From assembly GCA_964252035.1 (NCBI GenBank), contig OZ176205.1: DNA of 64,000 bases, one strand, 5' to 3'. This DNA is from Podarcis erhardii (Eukaryota). The position numbers and the translations under genes are program-made. Positions 12,290 to 24,436 of this stretch are shown here, in pieces (the stretch's first letter is position 1; every line of letters starts with the position of its first letter). The notes below the pieces were generated by a model. That model had not been told where the DNA came from. It saw only the letters and a list, made by a program, of their open reading frames with translations, and did no database searches.

Positions 12290-12600
12290 GTGAGGCTGAG
12301 AGGGGCACCTGGTTGGGGTCTCTAGACCATTTCATTAGACAGCATACAAATGGCACTATATATTCCTTAAAGTCACAAGAGAAAAATTGTGTTTACAGAT
12401 TTCAGGGTTGGTTTTATGAAGGACCAAACTGTGCATGATGTTAGTCATATGTTCAGTGAAGCATGCTTAGCCTGGCTGCTTTTGTTTTCCATAGGAATTG
12501 GGCTTCTCTGATTTCTTTGGGATCTTGCTTGCTCTTGCCTAGCTTTCTCCATTATTGTTTGGAATTTAATTTCTGTGTCTTTGCGTCATTGTTCTCCCAG

Positions 12601-12664
12601 GTGATGGCAACGAGGCTATTGGTGCTCTGATTCAGAACTACATCCGGGAAATAGAGGAGCTCAG
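12601..12664 (+). CDS. KIF21B: KIF21B exon 10
   Basis: ccag|GT GAT GGC AAC...CTC AG|gtaaga; 64 nt; [22 protein letters not shown]. Confidence 0.96.
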
Positions 12665-14212
12665 GTAAGATGGAGTGGTCCTCTGGATTCCCCCCACCCA
12701 CTTTTATTCTTTTTGCAAGTGGCCATACCTTCTTGAAAGAGAAAAATATCTAACTTCTAAACTGGTGACTATTAAAGTAGCTATAAGCCAGTATTTTCAC
12801 CCCTGTGGCTTCTTGCCCTTTGTGTACTGTAATCTTCAAATTATGAGCACTTTAGGATCAGAAACAACCCTTTGCGAATAATAAGAGAACCCATACAAGT
12901 GATGCTGACACAAAACCCCCCACACACACTAAGGAGAAGAATAGAAGCATTGCCCACCTCACCCCACTCACCACCCCCTCTCCTCCTCTTTCCCCCTCTT
13001 TTCTTCCCAACCTAATACTGCATGCAACACTAATGTCTCACAACAAATGAAACTGATCTGTAAAAAACACAACTTAAAAAAAGAGACAATGCACGTATTT
13101 TTGTAAACTAAGAAATCTTTAATAATAATAAAAAAAGAAACAACCCTTTGATATAAGAGACTTGTGGTACTTATAAATTCACTTGTGCCCTCCCAAGGTG
13201 TGGGCATTGTAAACAAAGGTGCCTTAAATAACCTCTTTGTCTGCAGTGGTGGCTTTCACAGCCACACAAAGGCAATAAAGTTGAGAGCAGCAGTTGCAGG
13301 TCCCACATGCACATTAACTTGCAGCAGTATGCCACAGATGCAGGAACAAACAGCTGAAGCTGCCACAAGTACACAAGCATGCAGCAGCATGAGCCCCCTG
13401 CTGGCCAGGCATGCGATAGGAGTGATACAGGGATGCAGATAGCCAAGCATGTTGCTGGGGGAATAGAAGCAGATGCAAGTAATATGGTAGTGGAATATTC
13501 TGCTTCAGAATGTCAAAGAATCATATTAGTAGCATGACTTCCTTGATTTTCTGATGTTCTGACTAACAGAATTTAGGATATCAAAATTTGCATTTGATAA
13601 GTACAAATGGCTCCAGTTGACAGTGTCACTCCATGATTTTCCCAGCACCTTGCACTTGGGCTTCTCTTTTTTACTGGAGATGCCAAGAGTTGAATTTCGG
13701 GTCTTCTTCATTGCAAAGCATGTGTTCTACCGCAGAGCAATGGCCCCTTCCCTTTATCTGAGATAACTGCTTTGTAGACATCATGAGGAAGGAGTGTGTG
13801 TCCCCCAGCACTCCGTCTTCTTTCCCCCCCTCACATCAAGAATTATCTTAACTAGCAAGTTTCTCAGGTTCCCCCCCCCCACTCCCCCAAGTGTTTCCCC
13901 CCTCAGATTTTCTTTTCTTCTGAGTCAAGAGATTAAACATTATACTGCCTTTTGGGTCCTGCTCATTCCTGTTAATGAAGCTGTGTGCTGTCAAGAGTTA
14001 AGAGCTGAGCATCCTCCCTTATGGCCTTTTTGAGTCCCTTACTCAATTGCATGTCAATGAGGGCATCAGATGGACTTATATCCATGTGATTCTGGGCTAG
14101 CAGATACTCTCCTCCCCACAGTTCCCATAGGAATCTGTCTCTGTCTTCATGTCAGCACTTCAGTATATAATGGACACTATGAGGTGACTGCTATCTCTTG
14201 TCTTCTTTGTAG

Positions 14213-14434
14213 GACAAAGCTCTTGGAGAGCGAAGCTATGAATGAATCACTGCGTCGTGGTCTATCACGAGTTTCCTCTAGGCTTCCTTATTCCCTGAGC
14301 TTATCTTCATCTCCTGGGTTGGGAGCTTCAAATAGCCCTGTCTCCTCTGTGCAAGCTGAGGCCTCAGAAGTCATCCAGTGGGCCAAGCAAGATATAGAAC
14401 GGTTGAAGAAGGAGACTAAGCTGCGAAGGAAAAG
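14213..14434 (+). CDS. KIF21B: KIF21B exon 11
   Basis: gtag|G ACA AAG...AAA AG|gtaaaa; 222 nt; [15 protein letters not shown]...KLRRK. Confidence 0.95.
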
Positions 14435-14921
14435 GTAAAATGGGTTCCTCTGTCTTGCATCTGCTCAGGATCCTTCTACTCTAATTAGGCTGCTGGGCCT
14501 TCAGAACTTTTTAGAAGTATCAAAATATATTTGTTTTCCATCATTCTCACTCTATGAGACTCTTGTAATGCAGCTCTCATGATCTACAATACAACACCCT
14601 TTTCTGTGTTGAGCTTTGATTTTCCCTTCTGTATTGCAAGGATGGTAAATACTTGCTGTCTTGCAGAAAGCTTTGTGAGAGTGACTGCAGGCAAAGAGCT
14701 TAGCCAAAAAGCACAGAAGAGGCAAATGATTGTGTTTCCAATGGAAATGTCCCCTTCCCATTAGTTATGCAGATGAAATGTTTTGTTTTGATTTGTTGTA
14801 ATTGGAGTGGTGTTTGTTTTCTTAGCTGCCCTGACGGCCTGTTTTTGTGATTCTGCAGTCTGGAATAAAAATGAATGATTTAGAAACAGATGTTCATGTA
14901 AAACTGCCTTCTTTTCTGCAG

Positions 14922-15006
14922 CCCAGAGAAAGAAGGGTTTAAGAAGAGGTTGAGGATGCAGCAGGGAAATGAGGCGGATGAGACAGATGAGAATGAAGTG
15001 GAAGAG
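14922..15006 (+). CDS. KIF21B: KIF21B exon 12
   Basis: gcag|C CCA GAG AAA...GAA GAG|gtaaga; 85 nt; SPEKEGFKKRLRMQQGNEADETDENEVEE. Confidence 0.93.
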
Positions 15007-16154
15007 GTAAGAGATCTTGCCCTTCTCTTGCATACAACTTCTGTGTTCTTTTGAGCAATTATTAAGGGTGCGAAACCTACTGCTAGCCTTTGGTGGCATC
15101 AGGATGAGTCCTGTGGTAATCTTTCAGCATAATGAGAAACTGGCCGTAAAGGACATCTCAAGTGCTATTCCCTTCAGCCAGATTTAACATCTGCTTCAAA
15201 CATTTCCTGACCTCAGCAATTGCCATACTAATTCCTTAGGCTCCTGAGTCTCAATAAAATATCTCCTGCCATCTCCTCTGAGAAATGCAAGCTTCTCTTT
15301 AATGCAACGCCCTTGGATAAATGGAGCAGAATAGGCTGACAAATAGGTGTGTTTTTTAAGTAGGTGAAGTATGTCTTGCTTTTCTGTCTCAAAACATGAA
15401 TGTCTCTGTGGGATGCCATTGGATTCTTAAAAGCCTGGGGCTGTGCACATTACAAAATGGAAACATTCTTTGATTTAAATAAAGTTAAATAAATTGGTTA
15501 AAACTGACAAACTTGTTTATTTTTGGAGGAAATAACAGTGCACTGCTAAAGGCATAATTTTGACTGTGCACAGTCATTACATTATTTCTGCACTGATTCT
15601 TGTTTTGGGGGCAGGGGTTTGTTATATTGATATATTTAAGATGAACATTTGGGAATGCAGTAGGCCCGCTGTGTACACTGGGATTACATTCTAGGGTCCT
15701 TGCTTTGAAGAGCAGAGTTGAAAGACAAAGGCTTGGAAGTTAGTAGAATGAATGGCCAGGTAAAATGCAGCATGGTTTGATTGAGTTGTTGGTGATGTGT
15801 GTTAGATCTTCTCTGCCTTCACTTCTCAACATCCAGCTTGATTTCTGAATCCATGTCCAGGACAATGGTAAACGCTGATCTTCTAGTGTTTTGCTAATTC
15901 ATCAACTAGAAGAACAGAAGGTTGGGTTCATGAAAGGAAGTATGAACTGTAAGAAGTAACATCCCCATGGTGCCTGTGTTCCTAAGCAGTGCAAAATTCA
16001 TTGAATTAAGGATTGCCATAGGAACAAATTAGCGAACCAAGGAAAGCAGATTGCCATATGCAACCAAAAGTTGGGCAGGGTTGGAACTGCAATGCCTTGG
16101 AACAAGCTGCATCACCACTCCCCTTTTTCTCATCACTGTACCTTCTGTTTTCAG

Positions 16155-16269
16155 GAGGAACGGGATGAGAGTGGCTGTGAGGAAGAAGGCGGCCAGGAGG
16201 AGGAAGAGGAAGATGATTCGGGAAGTGAAGAAAGCCTGGTGGATTCTGACTCGGATGTTGAAGAAAAGG
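16155..16269 (+). CDS. KIF21B: KIF21B exon 13 (acidic)
   Basis: tcag|GAG GAA CGG...AAG G|gtaagc; 115 nt; EERDESGCEEEGG...DSDSDVEEK. Confidence 0.95.
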
Positions 16270-16630
16270 GTAAGCTACTGCAGCAAGTGTTGAAAGGCTG
16301 ATAACTCTTAGTGCAGTCTCTGCAGGGATCTAGGTGAACACAACACACACAGTCTTCAGGATATATGGAGGGGATGGCCTTTAATTCATTTGGGTTTGAA
16401 ATGTTGAATCCACAGCCCCCATGCTTTCCACCTGGAACTACTGTTGTAATCCTTTTAACAGCACAAAAAACATGCCTGTACATATGCTAGGCCTTTTCTC
16501 TTAGCATTCAATTCCATAAAAGGGATACAACTTATTCTAGTCTTTAGTGGAGGTTGTAATGAGTTTAGTGGAGGTTGTAATGAGATGCCACTATCTTCAA
16601 GATGGTGAAGGGTTTTTTGTTTTTTGTTTT

Positions 16631-16634
<4 letters not shown>

Positions 16635-16660
<26 letters not shown>
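16635..16660 (+). repeat. (TG)13 microsatellite in the exon 14 acceptor region
   Basis: read directly; preceded by T-tracts and ends 10 nt before the exon. Confidence 0.95.
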
Positions 16661-16661
<1 letters not shown>

Positions 16662-16670
16662 CTTATCTAG

Positions 16671-16862
16671 CAGCAAATTTCCAAGCTGATCTGGCTGACC
16701 TGACCTGTGAGATCGAGATCAAACAGAAGCTAATAGATGAGCTGGAGAACAGCCAGCGGCGCCTGCAAACTCTGAAGCACCAGTATGAGGAGAAGCTGAT
16801 TCTACTGCAGAACAAGATCCGTGACACACAGCAAGAGAGGGATAGGGTCCTGCAAAACTTGA
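16671..16862 (+). CDS. KIF21B: KIF21B exon 14
   Basis: ctag|CA GCA AAT TTC...TTG A|gtaagg; 192 nt; [20 protein letters not shown]...VLQNL; tandem acceptor option at 16674. Confidence 0.94.
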
Positions 16863-17079
16863 GTAAGGGCATGCTGCTGGGGTGAAATTGGATTTTGACA
16901 GTTCGAACAGCATCTGTTTGCTGATAATGAAAGACTTTGCATTTGGATTCTCAACTGAGGCTGTGATACAAGGGTGGAAAGATTGCTTAAGCAACATTTC
17001 TATCCATACACTTAAAGTGTAACCAGTGACATTGGCACTGAGTACGGTCTGTCTGTACTTAAAATCTGCATCAGAGATG

Positions 17080-17178
17080 TGGAAGCTGTGGCCCCCTGGA
17101 TGCTGTTGGGACTCCAACTCCCATCAGCCCCAGGCACCATGGCCAATTAGTCATGGATGATGGGAGCTGTAGTCCATC
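17080..17178. mobile_element. decayed palindromic MITE
   Basis: GGGACTCCAACTCCCATCAGCCCC...GATGATGGGAGCTGTAGTCC; related remnants at about 20810-20945, 36965-37085, 45470-45575, 47945-48065 and 59497-59615. Confidence 0.55.
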
Positions 17179-17216
17179 ATTCCTGATCTACATGCTTCCT
17201 TTGTTCTTTCCCTCAG

Positions 17217-17416
17217 GTTCCATGGAATGCTACACAGAAGAGAAGGCGAACAAGATCAAAGCAGATTATGAGAAGCGTCTAAGGGAGATGAACAGGGACC
17301 TGCAAAAGTTGCAGGCAGCCCAGAAGGAGCATGCCCGCCTCCTCAAGAACCAGTCGCGATATGAGCGAGAGTTGAAGAAGCTGAATGCAGAAGTGGCAGA
17401 GATGAAGAAAGCCAAG
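17217..17416 (+). CDS. KIF21B: KIF21B exon 15
   Basis: tcag|GT TCC ATG GAA...GCC AAG|gtacct; 200 nt; [20 protein letters not shown]...EMKKAK. Confidence 0.96.
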
Positions 17417-17605
17417 GTACCTTGCCTGGGAATTTGCAATTCTTCATTTGTTCAAGCAACAGGGCACCTTCTGGGTGTTTTGGATTCCCACCCTCAGCCC
17501 ACCCAGCTTGGGCACCCAACTGGGGAAAGTGGCCCTAGATAGTCACTGGGGCAAGCCAGCTTCTCAGTTATTATGCTTGGCATTGAGTCTATTTGTGCCC
17601 TACAG

Positions 17606-17713
17606 GTGGCACTGATGAAACAAATGCGTGAGGAGCAGCAGCGGCGCAGATTGGCAGAGACGAAAAGGAACCGGGAGATTGCCCAGCTGAAGAAGGAGCA
17701 GAGGAGGCAGGAG
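17606..17713 (+). CDS. KIF21B: KIF21B exon 16
   Basis: acag|GTG GCA CTG...CAG GAG|gtgagc; 108 nt; [15 protein letters not shown]...RRQE. Confidence 0.96.
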
Positions 17714-17914
17714 GTGAGCAAGAGCACCATTTATGGCTGCTCAAGCTTTGAGAAGCCTCTTCCTAGTAGAGCTTACAAAAACCCATAGACTGCTTGTGGA
17801 CAGGAGAGGGGAAGACGCTCAGTATAATCAGAGCAATCATGCAAAGCGAAGCTGTGATTTAATGCCTGCCTCACTTCAGCCGTCTTCACAAAAATAACTT
17901 GTGTGTCTACAAAT

Positions 17915-18062
17915 ACATAAGAAGAGGTCTCTTGGATCAGACCAGAGGACCATTTAGTGTGGCGTCCTGTGCTCACAGTGGCCAACCCAGTTGCCTATGG
18001 GAAGTCTACTAGCAGGACATGAGAGCAGCAGCATTCTCCCCTCTTGTGCTCCAAAGCAACTT
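17915..18062 (-). mobile_element. CR1 LINE 3' UTR fragment
   Basis: same family signature ACATAAGAAGAG...GGATCAGACCAG...CACAGTGGCCAACC. Confidence 0.6.
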
Positions 18063-18219
18063 GAGACCTATTGTGGTTTAGGAGGAGTTGGCTTCCTTCC
18101 ATACATTCCTTTTACACCAATACACATTTGTCTCCATTTAAGTCAAGACTGACATCACTCCCATTGAGATCCTCTGCCTGTGGGTTTTGTTAATAACTTT
18201 TATCATGCTGTGCCTGCAG

Positions 18220-18288
18220 TTTCAGATTCGAGCTCTAGAATCTCAGAAGCGGCAGCAGGAGATTGTACTTCGCAGGAAAACCCAAGAG
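18220..18288 (+). CDS. KIF21B: KIF21B exon 17
   Basis: gcag|TTT CAG ATT...CAA GAG|gtgagt; 69 nt; FQIRALESQKRQQEIVLRRKTQE. Confidence 0.96.
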
Positions 18289-19137
18289 GTGAGTGGTGAC
18301 CTTCTTGCTCACAAGGAAGGCAAGTCTTTAGTTTCCTCTAAAAATACACTCGCCTTGGCTTTTACTGTATTAAAAGCCTCTCACTGTCATCCAGAAAGGC
18401 TTGTGGATATTTTTGGTGGGTGTGCTTTTACCTGTCATAAGCACTCACTCAGACTGGAGACATGAATGAACCAGACAAGGAATATATCTCCCACTCCTCA
18501 GGAATTCTTTACATGCAACAGCGTACGATGGACAAACTATTTCTTTCTTTTCTTAAAAATAATTAAACCACCTTTCCAAAATACAAAGGTAAATGTAATA
18601 TCTCACCAAGACAAAAAAAAAAAACAGAAAAAACCTGGCAAAGCTACAATTTTCCTCATATTTCACAGAAAAGATAGGACAGAGCAGGATGATCCAAAAG
18701 AAAGAATTTGCATCCAAAATTATTTGGAGCTATCGTGGGTTACACGATTTCTCTCTCTCCCTTTAGGATGCCCACTCTCTCTTTATCCAAAGCAACTGGG
18801 CATCATAGCTGCTGCGTCACACATGGCTTAGTGTGTGATTGCCAACATGGTTCTTTGTTTTTGTTACATATTTAAGCTCATATGTAGGTAACTTGTGGCA
18901 TTTTTCTCATTCTGCCATGAATGCCCAACATTACTGGGAACATCTGTAAAAACAGCTGATACTGTGAGCAGACACTTTGCACTTAGGCATGAATAGAGAC
19001 TAGGGTTGAGGCTGGAGACTGAGCAGCTAATGCTTTGAATATATTTTCACATAGCAGCCCTGCTTAAGACTGTATCTGTCTGTTATCACCTCTATATTTT
19101 CCATTCTTCTGGACTGCTTTGTTGTGTTGTTGTCTAG

Positions 19138-19367
19138 GTCTCTGCTCTGCGCCGTCTGGCCAAACCTATGTCTGATCGGGTTGCTGGAAGAATGAATCAG
19201 AAGCAAACCATGCTGGACTCGGGTGTAGAGGTCTCGACCAGCACTACCTCCTCCGAGCCAGAATCTAGTTCTCGCTCTGTCTCCAGCATTGTGCGCCAAT
19301 GGAATCGGAAAATCAACACCTTTCTGGGAGATCCTCCTTCTTCCACAAATGGGACTCGAACTGTCAG
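19138..19367 (+). CDS. KIF21B: KIF21B exon 18
   Basis: ctag|GTC TCT GCT...GTC AG|gtaaga; 230 nt; [17 protein letters not shown]...[12 protein letters not shown]. Confidence 0.96.
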
Positions 19368-19738
19368 GTAAGACACTGGCCCAGTTAGCAGTTGTCTAGG
19401 TAAGTCAGACTGACCTAGGTGTCTAAAACCATCTGATATAGATTCCTTTGAGGCCTGTCTTGACATCTAATCCACTGGCTTCAATGTGCCTTCCTTTACT
19501 TGGCAGCATTCAGAGCAGCTCCCATTTCCATCCACCCAGTATGCTTGGGTAGGAATGACCCAGAATATTTAGCACGGGGATGAGGATCCTTCCAGATATT
19601 GCTGGACTCCAACTTTGCCATTTTGCTATGACTGATGCAAGGTGGAGCCCAGCAACATCTGGGAGCCTTTCCATCTCTGGTTTTGGATAATTCTAAGATC
19701 ATAATGTTCAGTTTTTCATACATGACTTCCATCTGCAG

Positions 19739-19886
19739 GAAGAAGTTCGCAAAGAAAGGGGCAAACCAGACCTTTAGTAAGACAGCCCGCATGAAGTGGC
19801 AGTCTCTGGAGCGCCGTGTCTTTGACATTGTCATGCAGAGGATGACCATCATCAATCTGGAGTCGGATATGGAGCGACTCATCAAG
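19739..19886 (+). CDS. KIF21B: KIF21B exon 19 (regulatory coiled coil, first part)
   Basis: gcag|G AAG AAG...ATC AAG|gtgatg; 148 nt; [31 protein letters not shown]. Confidence 0.96.
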
Positions 19887-20008
19887 GTGATGAAAAGTGG
19901 CTGTTTCTCACTGGAGCAGAAGGCGAAGGGCCTGGGAAGAGAGCCAGAGAAGGGGCTGCACAACATTGGCAAAGAGGAAACATTCTGCCTTCTCTTCCCC
20001 ATTTTCAG

Positions 20009-20203
20009 AAACGTGAGGAGCTGTCACTGATGCAGGAGATGCTTCTGGGGAAGAGGGAGAAGCTGCAGACAGAGAACCCTGAAGAGCAGAAGGGGCTGCA
20101 GGAGCTGAATGAGGAGATTGAGGTGCTGGCAGCCAACATTGACTACATCAACGACGGCATTTCTGACTGCCAGGCCACCATCATGCAACTTGAAGAGACC
20201 AAG
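20009..20203 (+). CDS. KIF21B: KIF21B exon 20 (regulatory coiled coil, second part)
   Basis: tcag|AAA CGT GAG...ACC AAG|gtgcgt; 195 nt; KREEL...[23 protein letters not shown]. Confidence 0.96.
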
Positions 20204-21175
20204 GTGCGTCTGATCTATCCATGATGTTTGGGAGGGTAGAATGCTGTTGGACCTGGACTCGGTGATGAGCTGAGGTCGGCTGGCTGAGCTCTTGTGTAGA
20301 TCAGTTACAGTGGACGGATCAGGAAGCACTATGTCTTCTGATCTTACCTTAATGAGTTAAAATCTTTTTTCATTTTCCCAGGCCACTTTAGTTTTAAGTG
20401 GGCTGTTTCAGTCTGTTACTGCTTCCTTAAAAGGGGTGGGCTGGGGGAATGTAAGACGCAGAGACTGGGAAGTTAGCTTGTAGAGTATGGAAAGTCCTGG
20501 GTCTCTGCTATTTCCTCTGAGGAACTGCTATTTCTCTCCCCCTCCCCCTTACTTGGTATGTTCCTTTCCCGAACACACAATAAACGGTCGTGTATCAGTT
20601 CCTTTCAAAAGCATAAAATAGCAGTCCAAACAAATGGTATTGTATCGGTGATACTAACATTATAACATTTTAAATTCTTAACAAAATAGTATCAATCCGT
20701 TATTAAGAGTTCTGAGAATTTGGCAATTGTGTGAAAGTCTCAGCATCCTAAGTGAACCTGCTGGTCTGTAGACATCTCAAACAAAGGCTTCTGATTGGCC
20801 TATAACAGCTTCCACAACCTGGTGCCCTCCAGGTGTTTTGGACTCCTGATGCCCTTCAGCCATGGCCAGCATGCCCAATGGTCAGGGGTGATGATGTGAG
20901 TCATAGTTCAAAAATATCTGAAAGGCACCACATTTGGGGAAGGCCACTCTGTAGTGCATACGATTTGAGTTCAGGGGCTGGAGCGAGTTGATAATATGAA
21001 ACTGACTACTACTTTTATGCACAAATCTGCTGGATGGGTCTCTTGCAAAGCCACTTTGCCTGTGGAGCTAAATCTTTAGCAAAGGAACCGGTCCAACTGC
21101 TGGCATGGGTAGCAAACTGCAACTGCCCTTTCCCAGGCTTTCTCATTCTGTTGTTTTCCTCCTGTGGGTCTCTAG

Positions 21176-21277
21176 GAAGAACTGGATTCCACAGACACCT
21201 CTGTGGTGATCAGCTCCTGCTCCTTGGCTGAGGCACGGCTTTTGTTGGACAATTTCCTCAAGGCATCCATAGACAAG
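21176..21277 (+). CDS. KIF21B: KIF21B exon 21
   Basis: ctag|GAA GAA CTG...GAC AAG|gtgagt; 102 nt; [34 protein letters not shown]. Confidence 0.96.
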
Positions 21278-21553
21278 GTGAGTTATTATTTTTTAAAAGC
21301 AGCCTTTCTCTCTCATGCGGACCAGAGATCTGATAGCCACATCTTGCTTTGCAACTATTCAGTAGCAAGTTGGTCTGTTCAAAGACCCCAAGTAGACGGA
21401 TCAGTCCTGATGGACAAGGTTAATGAACTTCTTCAAATAGTTTTGCTTTAGAATGGAGTGAGGGAGACAGATGTGTTTCACTAGGGAGGGCATTCCACAA
21501 GTGGGAAAGCTGCCGCTGAGCTTGTGCCTAATCCTCCAATCTTTGCAAAACAG

Positions 21554-21719
21554 AGCCTGCAGGTAGCCCAGAAGGAAGCCCAGATCCGCCTGCTGGAAGG
21601 CCGCTTGAGACAAACAGATGTGACTGGCTCCTCTCAGAACCACCACATCCTGGATGCCTTGCGGGAAAAGGCAGAATCCCACCCTGAGCTACAGGCGCTC
21701 ATCCACAACGTGCAGCAAG
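21554..21719 (+). CDS. KIF21B: KIF21B exon 22
   Basis: acag|AGC CTG CAG...CAA G|gtggga; 166 nt; [20 protein letters not shown]...HNVQQ. Confidence 0.95.
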
Positions 21720-21911
21720 GTGGGAGTTTGGAGTAGCTTTTGCTTCTTTGAGATAGAATTGTGTTCACTTAGAAATCCTCTTTTTCGCTTACCCTCATTC
21801 ATGGCCTGGGTCAGAGGGAAACAGGGGTATGTTTTGGTCCAACGGCAGAGCTAAGTACCCATGTGCTAGTGGATGCGCTCTACCTGGTTTTTGTTTTATC
21901 CTTTTGCACAG

Positions 21912-21972
21912 AGAATGGCTATGCCAGCACAGATGAAGAAGTTTCTGAATTCAGCATGGCCTCAGAGGGGAG
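21912..21972 (+). CDS. KIF21B: KIF21B exon 23
   Basis: acag|AG AAT GGC TAT...GGG AG|gtgagt; 61 nt; ENGYASTDEEVSEFSMASEG. Confidence 0.94.
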
Positions 21973-22316
21973 GTGAGTTGTGGACCCAGAGAGACCGCAG
22001 GGCACAGGTTGAGTGTTTTCCGCCTGTTTTCCCTTTGGGCTGTGGTGGGCTTTAAAAGGTGGGCAGGGTGTAAATTCCATGTGTTGACCAATGTAGCCAC
22101 CATTCAAAGTCAGCTTTGAGTATGAAAGAAACCCCTACATGGTTCTTTTCTGTAAAATTCTGGAATTAAGCTAGAAAACCTGTGGTGCAAGAATGAAGTG
22201 GGCTCCTGAGTTAAGGACTGAAACTCTGCTGGGATGGAGAGTCTCTTAGTTAGTTTGCACCTCTGTAGTTCTTACTGAAAATATGTGTGCACAAAACTTT
22301 CCCTGTGTCCCTGCAG

Positions 22317-22374
22317 CTTTTCCCAGTCTTTCTCCATGAAGGGCTCTGCCAGCCAGGATGACTTCAAGTGCAGG
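22317..22374 (+). CDS. KIF21B: KIF21B exon 24
   Basis: gcag|C TTT TCC CAG...TGC AGG|gtaagt; 58 nt; SFSQSFSMKGSASQDDFKCR. Confidence 0.94.
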
Positions 22375-23322
22375 GTAAGTTTCAAAGTTTGAGTCTGGCA
22401 AACACTTCCAATTCTTCTTGTTGTTGTTATACGTTTTCATTATGGAAATTTCCTGGGAAGATGCTTAGCAGATCCATCCAGAACTAACAAAAGCTTCAAA
22501 TAGCCAGGAAGGAGTTTAAGATTTTCACCAACCTAAACAATGGTCAGTGACAGGAAAATGTTGACAACGTTGTAGGATATCCTGGTCATTTTTGTACAGA
22601 AATGCTTTTTCTTGTTGAAGGTGCCCCATGTGGTCAGATTTATGTTTGGCTATATTTGTTTATATATGTTTGTTTTTAAAGCGGAACATGGCACTTTGAC
22701 CTTGCCACGTTCTTATTCTGTAGCTTTCCGAATAGTGGGGAGCCCCCGGCGGATATATGCACCATTTTTTTATCTTCCCTACATTTCACTGAGGCCAAGT
22801 TATGGTATTTGTACTGCATTTTGGCAGCTAGCCGTGGTGCTGTACATCCAGATGGTGATTCTTAAGCTTTGGCCCTCCTCCAGTGAATCGGCAATGAAAT
22901 TAAAACAAAGCCCTGGACTGATGTGTGTTATGTCTCTGTCTGTCCTAGCCATGGCTCTGTTGAATAAGCCTTTTATCCAGAGAAAACAATTGGCCCCAGA
23001 CTGGCCTACTTGAATTCTAGTGGGATGGAGGGGGTGGGGGGCACAGGAACTTCATTAGGTCTCTTCTGAATGACCAGCAATTGCTGCTCAGTGGTAGGTG
23101 GTGCGTTCTGTTGTTGTCCATGTTAAGTTCAGAACGAAGTGGGAAGGTCTTGGAAAGCTGCTTGGGATATTTGCAGGGGTTTCTGAGACAGAGGTGACCA
23201 AGACTGAATGACCAGGCTGAATTTGAGCACCAGCTACAGTGGCAACCGGGGAATAGCTCCCGTGTTGCCCTGCCATCTGCTGCTCCTTAGTTTGCTTTGT
23301 GTTTTCTGGGGCTTTGTTTTAG

Positions 23323-23528
23323 GGGGAGCCCAAGCTGTCTGGCCAGATGAAAGCTGTGTCTGCAGAGTGTTTAGGGCCCACATTGGACATCTCCACCAAG
23401 AACATCACCAAGTCGTTGGCATCCCTCATGGAGATCAAAGAGGATGGGATTGGCTTCTCCATCCGTGATCCTTACTACAAGGAGAAGGTCTCCCACACCA
23501 TCAGCCTGCCCATCCGAGGGAGTACATT
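23323..23528 (+). CDS. KIF21B: KIF21B exon 25
   Basis: ttag|GGG GAG CCC...ACA TT|gtaagc; 206 nt; [19 protein letters not shown]...SLPIRGST. Confidence 0.95.
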
Positions 23529-24436
23529 GTAAGCCATGGTAGCCTACTTGGTGATCTGTGTATGGATCGTGTTGGGGAAACTGTGGTGTAGGTGACTGCT
23601 GGCTTCGGACGATTGGAATTCTGCCATGATTTCTGCTCTACTTGAGGGTGAAGAGTTGGTGGGTAAAGGGAGAGCAACCAAGGAAAGAACAGAAAGTCAT
23701 GCATTGTTCTGGGGTCAGAGTCAGTTTCCCTCTTCGCTGGCACAGTCTTCCATGGGGAGTAGCCATGACACGGGTGTCATCGGATCCCTCGTTCTTGTGA
23801 AACTGTTCCCCAAGTCCTCTCCCCAGACCTATAAACTGGCAGCTTCAAGTACTCCTGGTTTACAAACTATAGTGAACAGCAAGAAAGACTTGAAAGGCAG
23901 GGACACCCCCTCTTTCCCCCAGATGCTGCTACTGTGGGTGGACAAACCTAGGTGGTGTGAACTGCATAGCCTTTACAGCCCACCATGAGCCAGGCAGGAA
24001 CCAGGGCGGGCAGCTCCTGTGGACACCAAGAGTGCTGAAAATTGAAATAGTTCCCCCAGTTCCCAGAATGAGGGCCACTTCAGACCTTATGGAAACTTAC
24101 TTGGTACAGCCCTCCCAAGAAGTGTACCATCTTGTAATGTATGTAGAGAAATGTGTCCCAGAATGTGCTTCCACATCAAAATCTCTGCGTGCACACACAG
24201 CTGGCACGTGCAGTAAGAATGTTTTTATCCTAGCCTCCCTGTTGTGTCACTTGGCACCTGCAAGGAGATTCTGATGTGGAGGAGCTTTCAAAGAAGCAAT
24301 TCCCTGCATGTGACGCAGGACTGTTCTGTGTGCCCTGGAGAATATTAGAATCTGCTATGAGAACCAGCTGGTCAAGACTTTGTTCCTCCCAGTTTCCATC
24401 AAAGCTGAGGGAGCCCAACTTTGGATAGGGTATTTA

